IMG/VR virus record: IMGVR_UViG_3300021431_004525 | Reading direction: 5' to 3' (one strand) | DNA: 64,000 nt | From: a virus | Lineage: Duplodnaviria; Caudoviricetes | Part shown: positions 56,425 to 64,000 of the stretch, piece after piece | Position numbering within the stretch: the stretch's first letter is position 1 | Layout: the number at the start of each line of letters is the position of its first letter | Position numbers and translations under genes: made by a program | The notes under the pieces: model-generated | The model's input: the letters and a program-made list of their open reading frames with translations, nothing else | Databases searched by the model: none | Told to the model about the DNA's origin: nothing

Positions 56425-59241
56425 ATGGAGAATACAAAAGATTATATCAATCCTTGGACTTATGATTATTCCGGTGATGATGGAACCGGTATGATTAATC
56501 CGCCTGCATTTCCAGGCGGAGTGGATGAGCAGGAAATGAATACTGCCATACAAACAGCGGTAGATAAACTTGTTAATGGTGCTCCTGCTGCATTGGACAC
56601 ACTTGGTGAAATTGCAGATGCATTAGAAAATGGTGAATCAATCGAAGCAAGGTTGGTTGCAGAGATAGCAAAGAAACTCGATACTGATACTTATGAGGCA
56701 GATAAGGCTACGTTCGCTACAAAAGACGAAATACCTACGGTCCCTACAAAAGTTTCTGAGTTGGACAATGATGCTAATTTCATTACAGAAGATGCTCTTT
56801 CAGATTATGCTAAGTCGGCAGATGTATATACCAAAGATGAAGCCGATGCCAAATTCTTAACCGAGCATCAAGATATTTCTAATCTTGCTACAAAGGAAGA
56901 GGTTTCAGAAGTTGAGGGTAAAATCCCTACGAAAGTATCAGAATTGGAGAACGATGCCAACTATTTGACGGAACATCAATCACTTGAAGACTATGCGACA
57001 AAGGAAGAACTTGAGTTAAAGGCTAATTCGGCTGATTTGGCCGCTGTTGCTACAAGTGGTTCTTACAATGATTTGGAAGATAAACCGGAAATTCCCGTTG
57101 TTCCTGAAAATGTTTCTGCATTCACGAATGATGCCGGCTATTTGACGGAACATCAAGACCTTTCGGCTTATGTAAATGGTGCTACCTATAATTCAGACGC
57201 AAAAGAGATTGATTTCAAACATGATGATAACGTATTGTTCGTAATTGATGCAACACCATTCATTAAGGACGGTATGATTAGTTCGGTTGCTATTGATAAC
57301 GGTAATTTGGTAATTACATTCAATACTGATGCAGGCAAAGAGCCTATTTCAATACCTCTAACAGACATTTTCAATCCTGCAAATTACTACACTAAATCAG
57401 AAAGTGATGAGTTGTTTGCGACTAAATCAGAAAGAGAAAATGGTGATAACGCAGTAAAGAACGAAATATTTACTAAGATTTGGTCTAAACCTAATGATGT
57501 TGAGCATGGATGGTTTCAAACTAAGTATACTAATGCTGATGGTAGTGTAGCACAATTATGGAATGAATCTGATGGCGGTGGTGCGTTGTATGAGAATAAA
57601 ACAGCCGGTATCAAATCATTTGTTGGTGTTAATGCTGACGGTGCAGACGGTGTTTGTGTACAGATTTACTCAAAACAAACATCTAACAACACAGGTTCAA
57701 GATTAAACGTCAACCCTAATGGTATGTTCTACGGTGTCGGTAATTCTGCTTCTATGAAACCAGAGGAAGAACTTGCCGTCAAAGGTGATGTGACTGCTGC
57801 TGTTGAAGGCTTGGCTAAAGAAAGTGACATTCCGACAAAGGTTTCTGAATTGGAAAATGATGCTAATTACTTAACCGAACATCAGTCTTTGGAAGGCTAT
57901 GCAACTGAGACTTGGGTAAACGAGCAAGGTTTCTTGAAAAACCATCAAGATTTGTCGGCTTATGTTACTGGCGGTGACTACAATTCACAGACAAAGGCTA
58001 TTGAACTGAAGAATGGTGACACTGTTTTGGCTTCTATTGATGCTACAGACTTCATCAAAGATGGCATGGTATCAGAAGTTAAGATTGAGGGCGGAAATCT
58101 TGTTATTACATTCAACTCTGATTCCGGTAAGGAAGATATCACAATTCCACTGAGTGATATTTTCAATCCTGAGAACTACTATACTAAAACTGAAACTAAC
58201 AATAAGTTCGTTGTAGGTAAGATTACAAACCAGAATGGCTCTTATGCACTTATTTTCAATGAAAGTGACGGTGGTGGTTCACAATATTTCAACAGCACTG
58301 CTAACGTAATATCTTACGTAGGTACAAATGATGGTGATGCCAACGGTATCTGTGTCCAGATTTATTCAAAGAACAAAGCCACTAACGAGGGTACACGTAT
58401 TAACGTTAATCCAAACGGTGCATACTATGGCGTGGGTGCAAGCACTCCACTTGACCCATACAATGAGATTGCTGTAAAGGGTAACATATCAGACCTTAAC
58501 GCACAGATTGACAATGAACTTGCTGAGAAGGATGCTACTATTGCATCATTGAAAAGTGAAGTTTATTCGTTAAAACAGGTTGTCGGTAATATGGGTGGCG
58601 CAGTAACGTATGATTTGCCCGGCGAAGGAAAATCATTTAATACCCTTATGCTTAATAACGGTACAGTAAAACTTAGCGATGATGTTGAAACTGGTAGATT
58701 TGGTCCTGGTATTACAGCAAATAATAATGTAACATTGAATCTTAATGGACATACATTGGAAGTTGATACAACCGGTGATTCCGCAAGTATTCTCGCAAGA
58801 GGTTCACAAACTGTAACTATCAAAGGTAATGGTGCAAACAGCAAGATTGTAAACAATGGCAATGGTAAAATCCTTTGGGTAGCAAGCACAAACGCAACCG
58901 CTAATATTCAAAGTGGTAACTTCATTGGTAATGGTGCTGCGGCTGAGTTAATCTACTGTGAGACTGGTACTATCAACATCACAGGCGGTACATTCAGAAA
59001 CAGTAGTGAGGACAAGAGATACTTGCTTAACTGTAAAGATGCTAATTTCAAGGCCGGAACTGCTAAGATTATTGTAAGCAGTACAAGTAAGACAAGTGGT
59101 CCTAAATTCTATGATTTTGACCCAAGCAACAATCCGGAGGGTGAAGGTACAACCTATGTAGCAGAAGGTTGCCACGTGATTTCATCGGTTGTTACAGAAG
59201 ATAATGTTGAATACACGGTTTATACGGTTGTTAAAGATTAG
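56425..59241 (+). CDS. repeat-rich fibre-like virion protein
   Basis: GAPAALDTLGEIADAL, repeated PTKVSELENDANYLTEHQ, duplicated IDAT.FIKDGM and NESDGGG modules. Confidence 0.7.
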   Translation: MENTKDYINPWTYDYSGDDGTGMINPPAFPGGVDEQEMNTAIQTAVDKLVNGAPAALDTLGEIADALENGESIEARLVAEIAKKLDTDTYEADKATFATKDEIPTVPTKVSELDNDANFITEDALSDYAKSADVYTKDEADAKFLTEHQDISNLATKEEVSEVEGKIPTKVSELENDANYLTEHQSLEDYATKEELELKANSADLAAVATSGSYNDLEDKPEIPVVPENVSAFTNDAGYLTEHQDLSAYVNGATYNSDAKEIDFKHDDNVLFVIDATPFIKDGMISSVAIDNGNLVITFNTDAGKEPISIPLTDIFNPANYYTKSESDELFATKSERENGDNAVKNEIFTKIWSKPNDVEHGWFQTKYTNADGSVAQLWNESDGGGALYENKTAGIKSFVGVNADGADGVCVQIYSKQTSNNTGSRLNVNPNGMFYGVGNSASMKPEEELAVKGDVTAAVEGLAKESDIPTKVSELENDANYLTEHQSLEGYATETWVNEQGFLKNHQDLSAYVTGGDYNSQTKAIELKNGDTVLASIDATDFIKDGMVSEVKIEGGNLVITFNSDSGKEDITIPLSDIFNPENYYTKTETNNKFVVGKITNQNGSYALIFNESDGGGSQYFNSTANVISYVGTNDGDANGICVQIYSKNKATNEGTRINVNPNGAYYGVGASTPLDPYNEIAVKGNISDLNAQIDNELAEKDATIASLKSEVYSLKQVVGNMGGAVTYDLPGEGKSFNTLMLNNGTVKLSDDVETGRFGPGITANNNVTLNLNGHTLEVDTTGDSASILARGSQTVTIKGNGANSKIVNNGNGKILWVASTNATANIQSGNFIGNGAAAELIYCETGTINITGGTFRNSSEDKRYLLNCKDANFKAGTAKIIVSSTSKTSGPKFYDFDPSNNPEGEGTTYVAEGCHVISSVVTEDNVEYTVYTVVKD

Positions 59242-59247
59242 TAAAAA

Positions 59248-59280
59248 TAAAGGGGTAGAATAAACTTCTACCCTTTTTTA
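59248..59280. terminator. bidirectional terminator
   Basis: AAAGGGGTAGAA-taaac-TTCTACCCTTTTT. Confidence 0.7.
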
Positions 59281-59281
59281 T

Positions 59282-60202
59282 TTATAAAAACATTTTCAGA
59301 TTTTCTATTATTATCGGATTATATATTTTATAACATGAATGCCTTATTTTCCTATTATCCGTTATTGTAATGCCGAACAGTTGTTTTATGAAATCAGCAA
59401 ATTCATCTTTTGTCGATGGTGTGAATCTGAAAATTCCTTTATTATCGAACATTTCATAATTTCTGTTTTGTATTAACAGTTCTTTTACCAAACGATTCAT
59501 TTCTTTGCCGAAATTAATATTCAACTTTGTGAAGTGTGGCATTTCCGATAAGAATATTGGAAATTTAAAATTCCTTTTGAAGCCATTGATGATATGCGCC
59601 CTAAAATACATCTTGAAATTATCAAGTGTATTGCAATTCACAATTATATGGTCATCATCAAACATATCCCACGTAAGTGATGTTTCTGAAATATGATTGG
59701 ATACATTTGTTGTTATAGGACGTACAATAAAGAAACATTGGCCTCCAAACTCTTCTATGAGTTTTCGTTCATTAGGAAATCTTACATCATCAACTGCAAC
59801 CGTTTTACCTTCAGCAACATATTTCTGTATATCCCTTTTCATACAGTTTACATGCCAATCCGGATTATGTTTACGTATACAATCCGTACCTATGACTTGT
59901 AACATCTGTCTTATGTTGGTAAATTCGACACGTCCTATGTCAGCTTTGATTTCTTTTTTGTCTATATCGGTCCATTTATTTATTATATCATACCATCTAT
60001 CGTCAGGCGCATAACAAAATGTATGGCCGTTATCTTTTTTCTCATTTAGTTCTCCGATTGAACACCCGAGAATTTCAGCACAGATACCTTTTAAATAATT
60101 TGCTGCTGTTACAATAACGCCATCATAGTAATCTTTTACTATTTCAGATAAAACGCCTTTACCTGACCTTTTACGACCACAAAATCCAAAAATCTGACTC
60201 AT
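59282..60202 (-). CDS. deoxynucleoside monophosphate kinase
   Basis: GFCGRKRSGKG, RQMLQVIGTD, DDVRFPNE, HISE. Confidence 0.85.
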   Translation of the reverse strand: MSQIFGFCGRKRSGKGVLSEIVKDYYDGVIVTAANYLKGICAEILGCSIGELNEKKDNGHTFCYAPDDRWYDIINKWTDIDKKEIKADIGRVEFTNIRQMLQVIGTDCIRKHNPDWHVNCMKRDIQKYVAEGKTVAVDDVRFPNERKLIEEFGGQCFFIVRPITTNVSNHISETSLTWDMFDDDHIIVNCNTLDNFKMYFRAHIINGFKRNFKFPIFLSEMPHFTKLNINFGKEMNRLVKELLIQNRNYEMFDNKGIFRFTPSTKDEFADFIKQLFGITITDNRKIRHSCYKIYNPIIIENLKMFL

Positions 60203-60561
60203 ACATCAATATTTATTTCTTCAAATTCATCACTATCATTATGTGGCATATTAACGTTGCTTTCTTCATTTTCATCGATATTATCGATTGTTCTTATTTC
60301 TTTGAGTATTTTTGAAAGACTTGTTGTTTCTTTTTCGTATATCTTATTGTCTTTCTCATGTTCAACGAAAACCTGTTTAATGGTCACATCCCTTACATTT
60401 TTCTTAATGCCGGCCAATGACAAAACTTCATCATCAAATGAGAAGCCTTGTTTTATTAAGTTAAAAATTTCTTTTTTGCCGTTTTCTAATACTTCTTTGA
60501 CTGTTTTGCCTTTATGAATACCAGTCGTTATTTCAGAATTAATATTTAATGTTTTATGCAT
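60199..60561 (-). CDS. hypothetical protein
   Basis: TTGIHKGKTVKEVL motif. Confidence 0.7.
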   Translation of the reverse strand: MHKTLNINSEITTGIHKGKTVKEVLENGKKEIFNLIKQGFSFDDEVLSLAGIKKNVRDVTIKQVFVEHEKDNKIYEKETTSLSKILKEIRTIDNIDENEESNVNMPHNDSDEFEEINIDV

Positions 60562-60596
60562 AAATGAAAAAGATAATTAACATTAAATAGTGTATA

Positions 60597-61034
60597 TCAT
60601 TTGAAAAGTTTCAAATGACCGGTAAATTCATCTATTTTATCACTCCAAAACGGTCCGATTCCTACACAAGTTTTTGTTTTGACCCCATGAAAACACGTCA
60701 AGCCATTATCCTCAATAAGCACAACCGGTATTTTTTCCTCTGCTGTTTTGTTGTATTCTACAATTTTATCATAAATGTCAACCATTTCATTTTCCGTATT
60801 GACTTCAAGGCATATTTTAGTGAAAATTCCATTAAGCCATTTATCAAGAATTGAGTTTTCACCAAATGTCACTTGATATTTTGTACGGTCATCAAGACAT
60901 GTCTTTTTACTGAACATTGTAAGTAAAGCCCCCAAGGACGCATGACATCCTTGGGCGACTATTTTACCAACATTCATTTGCTTTGACTTATCTATGATAA
61001 TTACTTGTTTTACTTGTCTTTCGATGTCTTTCAT
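60597..61034 (-). CDS. pth2: peptidyl-tRNA hydrolase type 2
   Basis: KQVIII, GKIVAQGCHAS, KICL, DNGLT, TCVGIGP. Confidence 0.9.
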   Translation of the reverse strand: MKDIERQVKQVIIIDKSKQMNVGKIVAQGCHASLGALLTMFSKKTCLDDRTKYQVTFGENSILDKWLNGIFTKICLEVNTENEMVDIYDKIVEYNKTAEEKIPVVLIEDNGLTCFHGVKTKTCVGIGPFWSDKIDEFTGHLKLFK

Positions 61035-61134
61035 TTTTACTATGCTATTTAAATATAAAGGTCTGCCTTCCTAACGTCACAGATGTGCTAAGATTATATG
61101 CCTTGTACGTTGTAGAATAGGCAACCTTTTTATT

Positions 61135-62301
61135 TTATGCGGCCTCTTTATTTTTATCCTTATTCTGATATTTGGAAACCATATCAGCGGTAATTGTAAG
61201 AGTTACCTTTTCCTTGTTGTAACCACCGTAATCAAACATAACATCAGCAAGCAACTTGTCGATAACGCCACGAAGACTACGAGCACCGGTTTTCTTTTCG
61301 TATGCTTCCTTGGCAATAAGTCTAAGTGCATCATCCTCGAATGTTAAATCAACATTATCAATCCAAAACAGTTTCTGATACTGTTTAACGATAGAGTTTT
61401 TAGGCTCTTTCAGAATTTGGAACAACTGTTCCTCAGTAAGATGCTTTGTATGCGTGACAAGTGGGAAACGTCCGATAAGTTCCGGTATGATGCCAAACTT
61501 CTTCAAATCATCAGTCGTAACATCAGCAAGCAAATCCTCTTCCTCGTTATTAGTTCCGTTCATTATTGAATTGAAACCAATCACCTTTTTATTCTTGCGC
61601 TTCTCAATGATTTTCTCTAAGCCATCAAAAGCACCAATGCCAAAGAAAAGAATATTTGTGGTATCAACAGGAATACACTCCTGTTCAGGATGCTTACGTC
61701 CACCATTCGGCGGAACAAGAACGTTAGTACCCTCAACAATTTTAAGCAATGATTGCTGTACGCCTTCACCGCCTACATCACGTGTAATTGACGTATTTTC
61801 ACTCTTTCGTGAAATCTTATCGAACTCATCTAATACAACAATCCCATGTTCTGCTGCTTGAATGTTAAGATTTGCTGCCCGCAAAACACCAAGTACAACA
61901 GTTTCTACATCATCACCAACGAAACCAGATTCGGTAACTTTTGTTACATCAGCAATGTAGAATGGGATATTCAGATGCTTTGCAAGCATTCTAAGCATAA
62001 ATGTTTTACCAGTTCCACTTGGACCGCAAATGATGGTGTTACTCTTTTCAATTTCTACGTCACTGTACGGATTGTCTTCCTCTCCTTGTGTGTATCCGTA
62101 TATGTTGTCCATGAAACGTTTGTAATGGTTATACACAGCCACAGAAATATACTTTTTGGCCTCCTCCTGTCCGATTACATACTGATTAAGGTAGTCATAG
62201 AGATATTTTGGAGTAACTTTGTCCATAATCTCACGCATTTGTGCCTTAATCTCATTCACTTCTTCTAAAGATACTTCTTCTGTTTTCTTTTTTGCCGTCA
62301 T
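61135..62301 (-). CDS. clpX: ClpX ATPase lacking the N-terminal zinc-binding domain
   Basis: [69 protein letters not shown]. Confidence 0.93.
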   Translation of the reverse strand: MTAKKKTEEVSLEEVNEIKAQMREIMDKVTPKYLYDYLNQYVIGQEEAKKYISVAVYNHYKRFMDNIYGYTQGEEDNPYSDVEIEKSNTIICGPSGTGKTFMLRMLAKHLNIPFYIADVTKVTESGFVGDDVETVVLGVLRAANLNIQAAEHGIVVLDEFDKISRKSENTSITRDVGGEGVQQSLLKIVEGTNVLVPPNGGRKHPEQECIPVDTTNILFFGIGAFDGLEKIIEKRKNKKVIGFNSIMNGTNNEEEDLLADVTTDDLKKFGIIPELIGRFPLVTHTKHLTEEQLFQILKEPKNSIVKQYQKLFWIDNVDLTFEDDALRLIAKEAYEKKTGARSLRGVIDKLLADVMFDYGGYNKEKVTLTITADMVSKYQNKDKNKEAA

Positions 62302-62411
62302 AAAAATATTTTTTGCTTTAAATTCGAGTGCAAAGGTACTAAATATTTTTTTAAACACCAAATATTTCTATATTTATTTTTATAGATTTTCGTATTTTTT
62401 AACATTTACAT

Positions 62412-64000
62412 ATGCTGGCATATCAAAAAATAAATGAAATTAAAGGCTTTCATGGTACTTCATATGACTTTAATAGGTTTAATCATAAAAAGTATCTCGA
62501 CACAGGAGACGGCTCACAAGAGTTCGGATGGGGTACTTATGTGACTGACAATAGGGATATTGCCGGAGAATATGCTGAACGTTCAAAAGAAGCAAACACA
62601 GGTTCGTATGACAAGAATAATGAACGTATAACAACGGAAAGATTAACTTCAATAGCCAACGAAACAATAACAAATGATGCAATTGCACAAGATATTATCA
62701 ATAGTCTACGTATGATAATGTATACTACAAAGACTATTGATGCTAATACGTTGGAAACAGAAAAAAACAAATTTATCTCAAAATATAGTGAAAACAGTAA
62801 TGAAATAGATTCATTTTTCAGAAATCTGTCAGAATTGAACCCACATCTTTCAAAGGCTAAAAGTTATGTGTATGAGGTTGAAATACCTGAAAACAATGGT
62901 AGTAACTATATTGAATGGTTTAATCCAATTAATAATGGAATAAAAACAAAAATAGTAAAAGGGTTAAATTTCCTAAATACCAAATACCATAATAGATTTG
63001 AGGGAATAACTGAGGGGATAATTGAGGGAACGAGTAACGGAAAAGAACTGTATGAACGTTTGGTTGGATTATTAGGCTCACCAAAAGCGGCATCGTTATT
63101 TTTGCTTAATATGTGTAATATTGACGGCATAGTATATCCAATTGGCACTGTTTTTGGGTTCGATGGCGAAGAAGGAAATAATTATGTTATATTCAACGCA
63201 TCTTCAGTTAAAATAAACAATAAGATTGTTAGTGAAAGTAAAGTTATGAATTTAAATGAATGGAAACCGTCGTTTTTCGACCAATTGCCGGAAAAGATAA
63301 AGTTGTATCACGGAACTGATATAATGGCATTAAATGACATTATAGAAGAAGGAAAGATATGTGCATTGCATGGTCATAAACGAAGTGAAACATATGGTGT
63401 CAATTGGTTTAGCACACAATTAACCAATAATTTCGGTCATGGAAGTAACTTCTCCATTGAAGTGCCTAAATCAGATTTCATTAACGGAAAATTCAGGTTC
63501 ATGAACAACACCGATGTGACATCGTGGGATAATGAAATACCGATTGACGGATATAATTTCAGAATAGAACGAATCGGCGGTTTCAATGAGGAAACTTTCA
63601 GAAATCTTTTTGAAAGGGTTAATGGAGATATATTTGAATGGGTTAACAAACTGAACAAGATAAACTATGAGTTCAATGAATATATGATGACGGTTGAATA
63701 TCCTGTTGTCATGTATTTGATTAAACAATTGTTCGGTGAAGAGGTGCTTAGAAAGGAAGGAATAATTGAATCAAAACTATATATCAATGAAATGGATGCG
63801 GAAGATGTAAGTCTTTCTTCATTCAAGACAAAGGAGGAACTTCATGACAGGTTTTGGATAAACGAGAAACTTAATTCAAGGGTAAGGGAGAAACTGCTTG
63901 ATATTGCTGATGATTTTATCGATGAACTGGCAATACCTAATTTCAAACCAAAGGATATTGTATTTACAGGCTCACTTGCCAACTATAATTGGTCACGTTA
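62412..64000 (+). CDS. polyvalent protein (partial): two ADP-ribosyltransferase-like domains + nucleotidyltransferase; absent from ORF track because it runs off the end
   Basis: open frame read by eye: FHGTSYDFNRF..GDGSQEFGWGTYVT; KLYHGT..GVNWFST; KDIVFTGSLANYNWS. Confidence 0.8.
   Translation, partial: MLAYQKINEIKGFHGTSYDFNRFNHKKYLDTGDGSQEFGWGTYVTDNRDIAGEYAERSKEANTGSYDKNNERITTERLTSIANETITNDAIAQDIINSLRMIMYTTKTIDANTLETEKNKFISKYSENSNEIDSFFRNLSELNPHLSKAKSYVYEVEIPENNGSNYIEWFNPINNGIKTKIVKGLNFLNTKYHNRFEGITEGIIEGTSNGKELYERLVGLLGSPKAASLFLLNMCNIDGIVYPIGTVFGFDGEEGNNYVIFNASSVKINNKIVSESKVMNLNEWKPSFFDQLPEKIKLYHGTDIMALNDIIEEGKICALHGHKRSETYGVNWFSTQLTNNFGHGSNFSIEVPKSDFINGKFRFMNNTDVTSWDNEIPIDGYNFRIERIGGFNEETFRNLFERVNGDIFEWVNKLNKINYEFNEYMMTVEYPVVMYLIKQLFGEEVLRKEGIIESKLYINEMDAEDVSLSSFKTKEELHDRFWINEKLNSRVREKLLDIADDFIDELAIPNFKPKDIVFTGSLANYNWSR

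Larger units (their letters stand above)
28623..62377. promoter_or_regulatory. TATTTAT motif upstream of putative late/virion genes (10 sites)
   Basis: + at 28623, 29027, 37400, 45825, 53456, 53921, 56396, 62371; - at 32947-32953, 36708-36714; also - at 45792-45798. Confidence 0.6.

Noticed and set aside
61058-61132. Extended stem-loop between clpX and pth2 as a ribozyme or riboswitch
   Set aside because: No recognisable catalytic or aptamer core; single copy; more simply a terminator or stabiliser.
1036-63728. Numerous antisense/overlapping ORFs in the track (e.g. 1036-1380, 17589-18080, 23553-23930, 51278-51958, 61454-61861, 62479-63728)
   Set aside because: Shadows of better-supported genes on the opposite strand or frame.
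1-64000. Stop-codon recoding (TAG=Gln, as in Lak megaphages)
   Set aside because: Long genes (938, 806, 667 aa) are intact in the standard code, TAG ends genes at sensible positions, and no suppressor tRNA is seen.

Overview
A 64 kb segment of a large AT-rich dsDNA phage (jumbo/megaphage-like) of Bacteroidota. The host call rests on more than 30 copies of the Bacteroidota TTTG-N19-21-TAnnTTTG promoter and on Prevotella-like proteins. The standard genetic code fits. (1) 1-24.3 kb is an early/host-takeover region of short promoter-gene cassettes diverging at about 18.33 kb. Between 11.1 and 24.1 kb it carries an unusual set of non-coding features: six dispersed copies of a 35-nt covarying hairpin RNA (five with their own promoter), tRNA-Ile2(CAT), tRNA-Arg(CCT), a ~600-nt structured RNA, a rod-shaped RNA, a tRNA-like RNA and two parS sites. 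The same stretch holds a run of proteins ending in ssrA-like -AA. (2) 24.4-64 kb encodes a GmrSD-like protein, NadD, a DNA adenine methyltransferase, a UvrD-like helicase, ThyX, ClpC- and ClpX-like ATPases, Pth2, a dNMP kinase, an SLT-like protein, a fibre-like repeat protein and an IS605-type TnpB element. It also encodes many unrelated proteins sharing an 'LTESDLHRIVKESV..LNE'-type leader and an upstream TATTTAT motif; these are probably capsid-packaged, protease-released effectors (ADP-ribosyltransferase-like, kinase-like, PRTase, nucleotidyltransferase, DUF4259). All calls come from reading motifs by eye; no searches were run.
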